NCBI GenBank assembly: GCA_045653245.1
Contig: JAZOLS010000029.1
Coordinates: 2,190 to 66,189 of the forward strand
DNA: 64,000 nt
From: Faecousia sp.
Lineage (GTDB): Bacteria; Bacillota; Clostridia; Oscillospirales; Oscillospiraceae
Direction: 5' to 3'
In this document: piece after piece, positions 7,389-17,553 of the stretch
How positions within the stretch are numbered: the first letter of the stretch is position 1
Layout: each line of letters begins with the position of its first letter
The notes under the pieces: model-generated
Database searches by the model: none
What the model was told of the DNA's origin: nothing
What the model saw: the letters and a program-made list of their open reading frames with translations, nothing else
Position numbers and translations under genes: made by a program

Positions 7389-10300
7389 TTACACTTGCAC
7401 AAACTTACCTAACCGGAAGAAATACAGCCAGGACTGTTTTACAGGAAGTCCATAGATCCTTGCCATGGCATCTGCGTAGGCCATGACCTGCGGACGGTAG
7501 TATTCTACCTTGCCCGTCAAGGTTTCCTCTGTCACATAATCCGTCTTGAAATCGATTACCGTAATACCATCTACATCCACCATGGCGCAGTCCACAACGC
7601 CCTGTAAGAGGATCTCTTCTCCCTGCAAAGCAGGATCAAAGTGAACAGCATCATCCAATATGGAGAATTTAAACTCCCGAAGAACATTGGAATGCTCGCG
7701 TAATTGCAGTCCGATCTCTGTGGCAAAAAATGCCGCGATTTGCTCGCAGTCCACCAACTGCGCCTGCTGGGAAGATATATAGTTTTCCGCAACAAGACGT
7801 GTGATCTCTGCGCAAACAGACTCAGCGTCTTTGCATTGATCATAGCGGATATACTGCATTACAGCATGGGTGGCTGTACCAGCCTCCGCGCCACGTTTTG
7901 CCGTTCTTCTCGGCATGACCACCCGACGATCTGCAGGAGCATTTTCACCGGCTTCTGCGTCCTTCACCCGGCCTTTGCGTTGCGTAGCGGTTTGTTTGGA
8001 AGGCGCAACAGTAGCGCGCAAGTGAGAATATTGGAAACTAAGTCCCTGACGAAGTCTATCCAGCATCTGTGTGGGCATGGTTGCTGTTTCCTTGTGAATC
8101 GTACCGTCTCCACCGATAACAGGTGCTTCTTCTACTCCAATACGCCAGGCAGGTTCACCGGGGGCGCAGAATTTGGGCCTGCCTCCCAATGCAAACAATG
8201 CACCTGCTTCTGTGCGGCGCAGGGCTGTCATCAATACCCAGTCACCGCTGCAGACAGCATCCTGTGTCAGAAGATCCCGGTCACCCACATCCATACGAAG
8301 CGCGATTTCCGCAAGATCTTTTTCCAGTGTCTGTGATGCATAGGTCATGATCAGTCGGTCTCTTGCACGGGTCAGCGCAACATAAAGCACACGCATTTCC
8401 TCGGACAAGCTGTCTGCGGTGATTTTCGCTGCGATGGCGCGCTTCGCGATAGTGGGATAGCGCACGCGGTTCTTTTCATCCACCGCAGCCAGTCCAAGCC
8501 CCAATGTCTGATCACACAGGACTTGCGCTCTTGTGCTCTCCCGGTTAAAACTGCGGGACAATCCGCACACAAACACTACCGGGAATTCCAAGCCCTTGGA
8601 CTTGTGAATACTCATGACTGTAACAGACCCTGCCGCACTTTGCGTTCCCTCCGCAATCAAGCCCTTGGTTTCCATTGCGTCCAAGTGGTCTAAAAATTGT
8701 TCCAAATCCCGGCGACCCGTCTTTTCGAAATCAACAGCCAGTTGATAGAAGGTCTGAATATTATCTCTGCAGATCTCACCACCGGGCATGGATGCATAAA
8801 TGCTGTCCATCCTTGTCAGCGCAAACACAGATTCCAGCAGTTGTGCCAAACTCCGAAGCCGTGCTTCCCGACGCCAAACGCCAAGATCATGCAGGAACGT
8901 CTGGATCTTCGGATTATCGGAATCCAAAAGTGCTTCATAGATACTTCCTTTGCGCTTTTGACTGCAAATCTGTGTCAGTTCCTCAGCAGTAACGCAGAAA
9001 ACAGGATTCATCAATGCCGCAAGCAAAGGAATATCCTGCAGGGGATTGCTGATGGTCTGCAAAACAGAGCGAAGCACAGCGATTTCCGGTGTTTTCAGCA
9101 AATCATTACCACCGCCGGTAGTACAGGGTATACCGCAGGATGCCAAAGCATCCTTGTAGTATCCGCCCACCGAACCGGGAGAGCGCAACAGAATCGCCAC
9201 ATCGTCAATTCGGATCGGCCGCAGTCCATCTTGATCCCGGACAAAATGCGTGCCGTCTGTCAATTGGACAATGCGTTTTGCAACAAAGGCGGCTTCTTCC
9301 TCATAGGTGCTTTCCTGTACAGGAATGGTCCACAGTTCTACCTCGGGTTCCCCCAAAGGTGTATGTTCAAAACCCTCAACCAAGGATTCGTCGTCACCAT
9401 AGTTTAAGCCACCCACCGCCGGGGACATACAGGTGCGGAACACATCGTTCACGCCAGAAAGCACTGCACCGCCGGAACGGAAATTCCGGGACAGCATCAC
9501 TCTGCGCCCCTCGGGATTTACTGCATCTTCCGCGTTGGCATACGTATTGTACTTTTCCAGAAATATTCCGGGATCTGCCAGTCGGAACTGATAAATGGAC
9601 TGCTTCACATCGCCAACCATAAAACAGTTTTGCCGTTTTGCAGTCAATGCAGAGAAAATGGCATCCTGGACACCGTTAGAGTCCTGGTACTCGTCCACCA
9701 TGATCTCCCGAAAACGGTTTCCTATCTCGGTGGCAGCGGATGTATGTCCTGTACGGCTGTTGCCCAGGAGCAAGTCCAGCATCCTATGTTCCAGATCACC
9801 AAAATCCAAAATACGTCGCATGCGCTTTGTCTGGTCATATTCCTTGCCGAAACGCTCCACCAATTTGACTATGCCGCGCACCGCTGATGCAGATTGCTTC
9901 AAGTCTTCTAAAACAATGACACTGGGGTCCGCAAAGGCTTTCAATTTCTTCTCTACGGATGCCTTGCAAGCACTGCGCATTGCTTTAATCCGGTCGCACA
10001 ACTCCATATCGGGACATTTCTTGGAAAAAGTCAGTCGCCCGTAATCAATGGCACCGGCCATGACAATCTCATCCCAAGTTTGCGCACAACGAAGCGTATC
10101 CAACTGTCGGATTGTATCCCGCAGCAATGCCACTGGTTTTTCCATAGTGTCGGTTTGCTCTGCCCATTTGGCACATTCGGACAATGCTTGAATCTGCAAC
10201 GTTAAATGCGTTTTCAGATCGTCCATGAGGTATTTACCCCAAACAGTCTGTCCGGCATCGCAAATGCCGCTGGTATCCGCATTGCGAATGCAATTATCCA

Positions 10301-10877
10301 GCCACACTTCGGGCTGAAGATGACAACGGGCGCTGTCATAGACCTTCATAAGAATTTGCGGAACAAGGCGGTCATCCCGTCCAAGACCCTGGGAGTCAAC
10401 GAATGCACGAAAATTCGGGTCATCAGACTGTGCATATGCCTCATCCAGGCACTTTTTCATGGCATTTTCCCGAATTTGACTGCACTCATTTTCATCCGCA
10501 ACACGGAAATCCGCAGGGAGGTCTACAAGGTACGCATACTCTCGCAGAATATCTCCGCAGAAAGCATGCACGGTTGTAATCTTCGTCAGATATAGGCGTT
10601 GCATCTGACGTTGTAAGTGGCGGTTTTCGGGATTTTCCGCCATCTTTTCCGAGAGTTTCGATGCGATCTTGCCACGCAGTTCCGATGCTGCCGCCTTGGT
10701 GTAGGTAATGATCAGAAATTCGTCAAGATTCGCAGGTTCTACAGGGTCAAGCAGGTAACTCATCAGCCGGTCGACCAAAACTTTGGTCTTACCCGAACCT
10801 GCTGCTGCGGAAACGAGCAGTTTTCCGCCACGGTTGCGGACCGCCATCTCCTGTTGAGGGGTCAATTTATCAGCCAC
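7389..10877 (-). CDS. addA: ATP-dependent helicase/nuclease subunit A
   Basis: SAAAGSGKT, MVDEYQD, VGDVKQSIYQFR, SIHKSKGLEF, LYVALTRA, C-terminal nuclease QGVVD...IDFKT. Confidence 0.95.
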   Translation of the reverse strand: MADKLTPQQEMAVRNRGGKLLVSAAAGSGKTKVLVDRLMSYLLDPVEPANLDEFLIITYTKAAASELRGKIASKLSEKMAENPENRHLQRQMQRLYLTKITTVHAFCGDILREYAYLVDLPADFRVADENECSQIRENAMKKCLDEAYAQSDDPNFRAFVDSQGLGRDDRLVPQILMKVYDSARCHLQPEVWLDNCIRNADTSGICDAGQTVWGKYLMDDLKTHLTLQIQALSECAKWAEQTDTMEKPVALLRDTIRQLDTLRCAQTWDEIVMAGAIDYGRLTFSKKCPDMELCDRIKAMRSACKASVEKKLKAFADPSVIVLEDLKQSASAVRGIVKLVERFGKEYDQTKRMRRILDFGDLEHRMLDLLLGNSRTGHTSAATEIGNRFREIMVDEYQDSNGVQDAIFSALTAKRQNCFMVGDVKQSIYQFRLADPGIFLEKYNTYANAEDAVNPEGRRVMLSRNFRSGGAVLSGVNDVFRTCMSPAVGGLNYGDDESLVEGFEHTPLGEPEVELWTIPVQESTYEEEAAFVAKRIVQLTDGTHFVRDQDGLRPIRIDDVAILLRSPGSVGGYYKDALASCGIPCTTGGGNDLLKTPEIAVLRSVLQTISNPLQDIPLLAALMNPVFCVTAEELTQICSQKRKGSIYEALLDSDNPKIQTFLHDLGVWRREARLRSLAQLLESVFALTRMDSIYASMPGGEICRDNIQTFYQLAVDFEKTGRRDLEQFLDHLDAMETKGLIAEGTQSAAGSVTVMSIHKSKGLEFPVVFVCGLSRSFNRESTRAQVLCDQTLGLGLAAVDEKNRVRYPTIAKRAIAAKITADSLSEEMRVLYVALTRARDRLIMTYASQTLEKDLAEIALRMDVGDRDLLTQDAVCSGDWVLMTALRRTEAGALFALGGRPKFCAPGEPAWRIGVEEAPVIGGDGTIHKETATMPTQMLDRLRQGLSFQYSHLRATVAPSKQTATQRKGRVKDAEAGENAPADRRVVMPRRTAKRGAEAGTATHAVMQYIRYDQCKDAESVCAEITRLVAENYISSQQAQLVDCEQIAAFFATEIGLQLREHSNVLREFKFSILDDAVHFDPALQGEEILLQGVVDCAMVDVDGITVIDFKTDYVTEETLTGKVEYYRPQVMAYADAMARIYGLPVKQSWLYFFRLGKFVQV

Positions 10878-13800
10878 GGAGATCCACCTCCTTTTCCACT
10901 TCCTCCCAAAATCTTTGGGCAGTCATGGTCTTATAATTTCTTCTGCCGGATACCTGTTCGCTGTGGCAAATACTGCTATAAGGACAGTATGTGCAAGCGT
11001 TATGACCAGTACCGCGGGTGTAGGGGTTGGGATCGATATTACCGGATGCGATCTCATCTACCATATTGCCAAGCAGGCCAAAAACGTACTGCCGCAGCAG
11101 TTTCAGTTGCTCCCTGTCTGCAAGGTCACCGGACAGACTTCCATCCTTCTTGCGGACGCAACACAGCCGTCGCATCTCATCCCCGGGCTCCATAGCCTGT
11201 AAGATTTCTTCATCCGCTAATAGCAGTCCTTTACGCACCCATTCCTTTTGCCGTGCTTTCTCTGCTTCTTCTGCGCTTAAGCGACCATCCGCCGAAACGA
11301 TGGGCACTCGCGCAGGGAAATACTGCACGCCCGTAGCAATACCGCGTCCGTTCTTTTCCAAAGCGAACAAATACAAAAGCATCTGCAGTCCCACGCCATT
11401 GAACACATCGCAGTAGTCAAAATCCTTTTTGCCAGTCTTGTAGTCTACAACGCGAAAATAGTGCTGATTCCCCTTTTTCCAAAGGTCTACCCGATCTACA
11501 AAACCTCGCAAACAGGCTTGAATTGCGGCATTTTCTACTGCAATGGCAGGCATTTCTCCATCATCTCCAAACGCTAATTCAAAGGCATCCGGGCGAAATG
11601 CGGAGTCTTTCAGTTCCTGCCACAGTTCCTGCACAACCATTTCCAATTCCCGCCAATTCCGGCGGAACAAATAATCCAGCCGTTGAGAATCCAGTTGTGC
11701 AAATCGCTCCGCAGCGTAGCGGTCAGAATGCTCCTTTGCAATTTGAATGGTCCGCTCCAAAGATACCTTTTCAAATCCGCCCAGTCCCATGACATCCTTG
11801 GCAGTATGTTCCAAAACGTCATGAACATATGTACCAAATTCCGCAGGATCAACGGTATATTCCTTTCGCTCTTTGGCCCGAAGGCCGTACTTGAGGAAAT
11901 AGGACAGTCGGCACTCCGCATGGCGGTCAACCTGAGATGCTGATAGATTCAACCGGCTGCCATACAGACTGCGGATTCCATCGGGTGTAACATTTCCAAT
12001 GGAATACCCCATTCGTGCTCGTGTATCGGCGTACCAGTCCTGTACGCCAAGGGCTACGGCCACATTTTCATCCTGCCAACGGGCCAGATACATTCCGGTC
12101 TCCCGTGCATCTGCGGCCACAACGCCAGCCGAAGCATCAATAACAGTTTCGCCAACTGATTTGGTAACGCGCCGGTACAGATACGAACCTTCCGATGCGC
12201 AATGGGATATCCAAATGGTTTCCTGCGCACCGCAGAAAACGCCGTAAATCTCTGCAAATTCCGCTTGCAGACCTTCCATTGCACCACCGGTCAGCGGCAC
12301 ACCCATCTGACGAAGAATCACACGCTCCTGGTCCGTCAGCAGGCCCTTTGAACCGCCGTATCCGGGCAAAGCCCCCTCAGATGCACCCAAAACCAGCAAA
12401 TGTTTTGCCTCCTGGCATCGCTGGGCACTGACTGCGCCAACGGTAACGGCGTCCAATACAGGCGGAATCGTACCCACATCGTACTGACTCAGCAAAAGCG
12501 TCAACAAGCGCGTAAAAACTTCCGGCTCCCAAACCGTCTTAGCCAGAACATCTTGCATCTGTTCAAGAGCATTTAAAAGGATCTCCCAAAGTTGCCCTAA
12601 AATTTGTGCATCTCGGTATTCTCCTGCATCGATCATCTGCTTTTCCAGGGATTCCAAGTGGTTCTCCAGGGAAATCCTCTCAAAAAAAGAGGACAAGGCC
12701 TGCACCTGTGCATCCATATTCTGTGCAGATTTAAATTCACGACAGAGCAATTCGAGTGGGCCGACAGCCAATTCCCGAGCGGCATTCAATGCGGTAAGCT
12801 CTGCAGCATTTTCCGGTGTTAAATCCTTGCCAAAACCATCGGGATTCCGTTCCCAGGCTTTTAAGAACATATTGCCCCGGATGCCCCAGGTGATCACATA
12901 GTTTTCCACCCGGTCACAGGTATCCGAATCCAAAGGCGAAAGGACAGAGCGCAGATACCGCAATACCGTACACTGTTCAAAGCCGCCAAGGGCTGCCTCC
13001 AGGGCAGAAAGTACTGTGGAGATCACCGTTTTTTGTAAAATATCTTCCGTACCGGACTGATAGAGCGGAATATCGCATCTACGGAATACCAACCGAAGCA
13101 CATTTTCATACTGGCGCATATCGCCGCAGACAATGCTGATGTCCCGATACCGGCAACCACCCCGAACCAATTCCATCACACGTTCTGCAGCGGCCTGTAC
13201 TTCCTGCTGTACATTGTCCGCATGCACCGCACAAACCCGACCGGCAATTTTTTCTCCATAGGGAAGTTTGCCCTGAAACAGGCCCTGGCAGACCTGCAGT
13301 AAAACATCCTCACGGCCATTCAGACTTTGAATTTCCACTTCGATGCCGGCACGCTTGGCACATTGCATCAACTGAGCTGCCGTATCCGATGCTTTCTCAA
13401 AAGCAAGTGCATCGGAATTTATCCGGTCACAATTTAATCCCACAGTAACCATGGGACTGCACTTAATCAGGTGCTCCAAAATCGCCAAATGCTGACGGGT
13501 AAAATCCGGGAATCCATCTATGTAAAAAATATGCTGAGACGCAAATTCGCTATCCTCTAACTGCTCCAGACATAAGGTCATCTGATCTCTGGGGTCACGC
13601 AAACCTTGGGCACAGATAGCATCATAACTTTCCAGGATCAGCGCCAGTTCCTCTAACTTTTGCGCCAAAGTACCTTCTGCCTGGGCGGACGCTTTCTTCA
13701 AGTCCTCGGGTGTGATACAGCAACGTTTGAACTCATCCACCGCATCCACAAGTTCCTTTAAAAACTCGGGCTTGGTCTCCACCGACGCATACGCCTTCAA

Positions 13801-14109
13801 TCGGCTGTGCAGTTGCCGGGTGGCCGCAGCCATGGCCACGATCCGTCCGCCGTTGTCCAGGCATTGCCGGGCGCTGTTGCCCACCATATCCGCCACACGG
13901 GAAGCCAGTCTCGGAAAAGACAGAACCTCCGCAAAACGGCTGGCTGTGTCCCCCGCCGCTTTGCAAAGACGGCGCTCCATGTCATGGCTGATGAGTTCCG
14001 GCACCATAAGGATACGCCCCGGTTTTTGCCCAGCCACATCCTCAGCAATATGGGAAAGTATTTCATTCCGGCAAGCGACCCAGTCCTTGCTCAGCAATAT
14101 CCGCAGCAT
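10870..14109 (-). CDS. addB: ATP-dependent helicase/nuclease subunit B
   Basis: LSASQVD...CRLSYFLKYGL, RGFVDRVD, VVDYKTG, LQMLLY, ACTYCPYSSIC (Fe-S staple); overlaps addA start. Confidence 0.92.
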   Translation of the reverse strand: MLRILLSKDWVACRNEILSHIAEDVAGQKPGRILMVPELISHDMERRLCKAAGDTASRFAEVLSFPRLASRVADMVGNSARQCLDNGGRIVAMAAATRQLHSRLKAYASVETKPEFLKELVDAVDEFKRCCITPEDLKKASAQAEGTLAQKLEELALILESYDAICAQGLRDPRDQMTLCLEQLEDSEFASQHIFYIDGFPDFTRQHLAILEHLIKCSPMVTVGLNCDRINSDALAFEKASDTAAQLMQCAKRAGIEVEIQSLNGREDVLLQVCQGLFQGKLPYGEKIAGRVCAVHADNVQQEVQAAAERVMELVRGGCRYRDISIVCGDMRQYENVLRLVFRRCDIPLYQSGTEDILQKTVISTVLSALEAALGGFEQCTVLRYLRSVLSPLDSDTCDRVENYVITWGIRGNMFLKAWERNPDGFGKDLTPENAAELTALNAARELAVGPLELLCREFKSAQNMDAQVQALSSFFERISLENHLESLEKQMIDAGEYRDAQILGQLWEILLNALEQMQDVLAKTVWEPEVFTRLLTLLLSQYDVGTIPPVLDAVTVGAVSAQRCQEAKHLLVLGASEGALPGYGGSKGLLTDQERVILRQMGVPLTGGAMEGLQAEFAEIYGVFCGAQETIWISHCASEGSYLYRRVTKSVGETVIDASAGVVAADARETGMYLARWQDENVAVALGVQDWYADTRARMGYSIGNVTPDGIRSLYGSRLNLSASQVDRHAECRLSYFLKYGLRAKERKEYTVDPAEFGTYVHDVLEHTAKDVMGLGGFEKVSLERTIQIAKEHSDRYAAERFAQLDSQRLDYLFRRNWRELEMVVQELWQELKDSAFRPDAFELAFGDDGEMPAIAVENAAIQACLRGFVDRVDLWKKGNQHYFRVVDYKTGKKDFDYCDVFNGVGLQMLLYLFALEKNGRGIATGVQYFPARVPIVSADGRLSAEEAEKARQKEWVRKGLLLADEEILQAMEPGDEMRRLCCVRKKDGSLSGDLADREQLKLLRQYVFGLLGNMVDEIASGNIDPNPYTRGTGHNACTYCPYSSICHSEQVSGRRNYKTMTAQRFWEEVEKEVDLRG

Positions 14110-14174
14110 GTGGTGACCTCCTTTTTGTTTTTCTTATCATACCACAAACTATGCGACAAAAAAAGGACTTTTTT

Positions 14175-14792
14175 TCAAAAGCCCCTTTCAAAAATCCAAT
14201 TCTCTACCCAACCAAAACAGTCCAGCAGGAAGAACCGCACACGGTATTGCGGTTTACCGGATAAAGATCCTGCAAGTCGGTCTGAGAATCCGGCACTGAC
14301 TGCGGTATCTTCAAAACCGTCAGTCGTAGCACTGACACACAGACTGGGAAATACGACACACCACCAATTCTGCCCTTCCCCGGATCCGATGGTCACGCGC
14401 AGGGATTCATAGACACCTGCAGGGAGCGTAAAGGTGTCATACTGCCGGGTAGGAAATGTTTCTTTTGCAAATGTGACAACGGCCTTATACGCAGAACCTG
14501 CGGATCTCAGTACATCATTTGCAATTCCCTCCAAGACGGGCAGTTGTTCCTGCAAATAGGCTTTCGCGGACTCCATATCCGGCAGATTTTCCATTACCGA
14601 TTCCAGTTTTTCCGTAATTGCATCCCGGACCTGTAACTTGATTTTTTGATCCTCCGCAGAATCAGAATCTGCCACCACATGCAGTCTGATCAGGTTTTCC
14701 GAAAGAACCTGCTTGTCACTTACAATCGTACCAAGCCCAAATACCGCAGAAAGAAGCAACAAAGCCCCAATCCATTTTACAATTTTTTTCAT
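14175..14792 (-). CDS. spoIIR: Stage II sporulation protein R
   Basis: Signal peptide, IRLHVVADSDS..DQ.IKLQVRD, FPTRQY...LPAGVYESLRVTIGSGEGQNWWCVVFP; start 14792. Confidence 0.93.
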   Translation of the reverse strand: MKKIVKWIGALLLLSAVFGLGTIVSDKQVLSENLIRLHVVADSDSAEDQKIKLQVRDAITEKLESVMENLPDMESAKAYLQEQLPVLEGIANDVLRSAGSAYKAVVTFAKETFPTRQYDTFTLPAGVYESLRVTIGSGEGQNWWCVVFPSLCVSATTDGFEDTAVSAGFSDRLAGSLSGKPQYRVRFFLLDCFGWVENWIFERGF

Positions 14793-14851
14793 AAAAACAC
14801 CGCCCATACTGGTTTTACTTCCAGTATGGACGGGAAATGTCAAAATGATAC
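14793..14851 (-). promoter_or_regulatory. Putative sigF promoter overlapping an ispE terminator / RBS-sequestering hairpin
   Basis: GTATC-15-GTCCATACTG; 13-bp hairpin 14800..14833 followed by UGUUUUU then ATG. Confidence 0.6.
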
Positions 14852-15703
14852 AGGTTTGGCAATAAAAACTTGCGGATAATTTTCTTTCAGCATCTGGCAT
14901 ATGACTGCGGCAAACTCAAATTCCGTTACCATGCAGAAAACAGCGGAGCCTGAACCAGTCATCTGTTGACCGAGAGAGCCGTAGGAATTGAAGATGGATT
15001 TGATATAGTTCATTTCCAGGTGCTCAGCGGTCACAACGGGATCAAATACGTTGTAAAGGTTTTGCGCAATCGATCCCACATCCCCGGAAAGGATGGCCTT
15101 TTCCATTCCCGCATGATCCGGGCGCTTGCCAATAACGGTTTCATCCAATTTTGCATAGAGTTCAGGAGTAGAAACAGAAAAATCCGGCTTACAGACCACG
15201 AAAACACAGTCTGGAATATCCGACAGTTTACGCAGTTTTTCACCTCTGCCCTCTGCAACGGCTGTACCGCCCAAAACGCAGAACGGCACATCACTGCCTA
15301 CAAGGCCGCCCATTTCCGCTAGTGCGGCGACAGAAAGCGGATAATCATAATGCCGATTCAAAGCACGAAGGACAGCCGCGGCATCCGCACTTCCACCACC
15401 CATACCCGCCTGGCTGGGAATGCGCTTGGTAATGCGGATCTCCAAACCGTCGGGATCTTTACCGATGGTATCCAAATAAATCTTTGCCGCTTTCCAGGCA
15501 AGGTTGCGTTCGTCACATGGAATGTCTCCCTTATCGCAGTGCAGGCACCAGGGTTTTCCCGTACCAACATCGATCTCAATATCATCCCGGATGGAGATGG
15601 TCTGCATGACACTTTTCAGATCATGGTAGCCATCTTCCCGCTTTCCGAGAACATCCAATGTCAAATTCAGCTTGGCGAATGCGCCTTCATATAAAGTAGT
15701 CAT
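14840..15703 (-). CDS. ispE: 4-diphosphocytidyl-2C-methyl-D-erythritol kinase
   Basis: AKLNLTLDVLGKREDGYH, KRIPSQAGMGGGSADAA, GSDVPF, MTGSGS; alternative start 15709. Confidence 0.95.
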   Translation of the reverse strand: MTTLYEGAFAKLNLTLDVLGKREDGYHDLKSVMQTISIRDDIEIDVGTGKPWCLHCDKGDIPCDERNLAWKAAKIYLDTIGKDPDGLEIRITKRIPSQAGMGGGSADAAAVLRALNRHYDYPLSVAALAEMGGLVGSDVPFCVLGGTAVAEGRGEKLRKLSDIPDCVFVVCKPDFSVSTPELYAKLDETVIGKRPDHAGMEKAILSGDVGSIAQNLYNVFDPVVTAEHLEMNYIKSIFNSYGSLGQQMTGSGSAVFCMVTEFEFAAVICQMLKENYPQVFIAKPVSF

Positions 15704-15836
15704 AATCATTTTCTCCTGATGGATTTCTTTTTACACATTATAGACGACAATTCTGATTTTTGCAAGGGCATGTATATTTCTGATACCAATGGGAACGATA
15801 TGGACAGCCACAAATTTGAATGGAGGTTACACAATT

Positions 15837-16040
15837 ATGGATACCATTGCATTGATCCTTTCTATCATCGGCAGCCTGAACTGGGGCCTGGTGGGTATTT
15901 TCCAGTTTGACCTGGTGGCATGGCTGTTCGGCGGCCAGGATGCTGTTCTCAGCCGGATCGTCTATGCCCTGGTGGGCCTGGCCGGTCTTTGGTGCATTTC
16001 CCTGCTGTTCCGCAAGGGCCAGCACGCGGACATGGATTAA
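15837..16040 (+). CDS. DUF378 (YuzA-like) small membrane protein
   Basis: IIGSLNWGLVGIFQFDLVAWLFG; RBS GGAGG; sigF-like GTATA-14-GGGAACGATA upstream (15772..15800). Confidence 0.88.
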   Translation: MDTIALILSIIGSLNWGLVGIFQFDLVAWLFGGQDAVLSRIVYALVGLAGLWCISLLFRKGQHADMD

Positions 16041-16073
16041 AAAATGGCAGCACCGATCGGTGCTCCCATTTTG
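16041..16073. terminator. Bidirectional terminator
   Basis: AAAATGG-C-AGCACC-GATC-GGTGCT-C-CCATTTT between convergent genes. Confidence 0.65.
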
Positions 16074-16074
16074 C

Positions 16075-17331
16075 TTATTCTTCAGGCACTTTCACATAAA
16101 CCTTACAGGTATATTTATTACCTTCATACTCTGTGGAAATTTCCACAAGTGTCAATGTGCTCACTGTACCGCCGGTGATCTTGTTGCCATTGATCTGCAC
16201 GATACCTTCCTTGCTGGCAGTCCATTCCACACCCTGGACATTCGCACCCGTGGATTTCGACTTCAGAGACAGGTTGAAAGTCTCGCCCTTGCCGATTGTC
16301 ACGCTGACGTGGCTCAGTTCATAATCCGTCTCCGGAGCCTTATCAAAGGGGCAGCGGACAAAGCAAGTAGCCGTCTGATCGCCGATGGTTGCGGTAATAG
16401 TACAAGTACCGCGGTCAACACCAACCACCTTGCCGTTTTCAACGGTGGCAACCGCAGGATCAGAAGTGGTCCAGGTAATATCGCTGGACTTTATACCCAT
16501 GATCTCCTTGTACAGCTGATGGCTGGCGCCCTCAGCGGCAATGGTGATCTCACCGCTTCCCTTATAAGTTTCCAGCTTCAAGACAAATCCATCAGGAAGC
16601 ACAGGGCCCTGGCTCTCAGGAACAGAAGATACGGGTGCTTCGCCAACAGTAGAAATAATCTTGCACTCTTCTGTCACAGTACCGCAGGTGACGGTAATGA
16701 CCGTCTCACCCTGCTTCGTACCGGGCTTAACCATACCATTGGCATCCACAGTAGCAATTTCGGGATCGGCAGAGGAATAAGTAACCGTATCTGTAGTATT
16801 TTCCGGCTCTTTCTTAATAACAACTAACTCAATTGTCTCCTCTTTATCAAACGCAATTACTTTGCAGTTTAATTGAATAGCCGTACAAGGAATTTCTTGC
16901 CCATCCTGGTTGCCATTTCCGCCATTGTCTGGGGTGCTGCTGGTTTGCACATTACCGCCATTGTTAACAGAGCCGCCCAGGTCGCTCAGAAACACATTGA
17001 CTCCGATATAAACAACGACCATCACAATGGCAAGCAACAGCACAATAACAACCGCGATCAGGCCTTTATTGCCCTGTTGGGAATCGTTTTGACGCTTCCG
17101 GTCACCCGAGTAACGACCCTCAGATGCCCTTGCTCGGCTGTTGCGCTTTACATTGTTCTTTGAAAAACGACCGCCTCTTGAATATGTATTGACCGTAGTC
17201 GTTTCCGGATTTGCCTGTACATCCTCTGCGTTCACAGTTTGTGCTGCAGGAGACTTGGCACAGCCACAAATAGGACAGTGCGTTGCAGTTTCCGGAAAAG
17301 TGGTACCACAAACATCACAAATTACCTTCAT
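16075..17331 (-). CDS. Membrane protein: N-terminal zinc ribbon, one TM helix, extracellular Ig-like (Big_2) repeats
   Basis: CDVC..CPIC; LIAVVIVLLLAIVMVVVYIGV; TYSSADPEIATVDANG and WTTSDPAVATVENG; start 17331 with RBS GGAGG. Confidence 0.8.
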   Translation of the reverse strand: MKVICDVCGTTFPETATHCPICGCAKSPAAQTVNAEDVQANPETTTVNTYSRGGRFSKNNVKRNSRARASEGRYSGDRKRQNDSQQGNKGLIAVVIVLLLAIVMVVVYIGVNVFLSDLGGSVNNGGNVQTSSTPDNGGNGNQDGQEIPCTAIQLNCKVIAFDKEETIELVVIKKEPENTTDTVTYSSADPEIATVDANGMVKPGTKQGETVITVTCGTVTEECKIISTVGEAPVSSVPESQGPVLPDGFVLKLETYKGSGEITIAAEGASHQLYKEIMGIKSSDITWTTSDPAVATVENGKVVGVDRGTCTITATIGDQTATCFVRCPFDKAPETDYELSHVSVTIGKGETFNLSLKSKSTGANVQGVEWTASKEGIVQINGNKITGGTVSTLTLVEISTEYEGNKYTCKVYVKVPEE

Positions 17332-17553
17332 AGGATAACCTCCAATCACACGCAATACTTGCGCATATTTTTTGATATTGTAGCATAAAACAACGCTGAT
17401 TGCAAGTACGCAAAAGTTACAACATGGTCACAAGAAATCTCCTTTTGTCATAAAACCGTGGTTTCTTCCTTGAAAAAGGTGTGAAATATGGTTGCTTTTT
17501 TGGCAAAGATAAATTAAAATATAATTTAACGTAATCTTCTAAGGAAAGAGGCG

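Noticed and set aside
7389-14109. Helicase/nuclease pair as a defence system (Cas4-like Fe-S nuclease)
   Set aside because: Size, order and motifs fit housekeeping AddAB.
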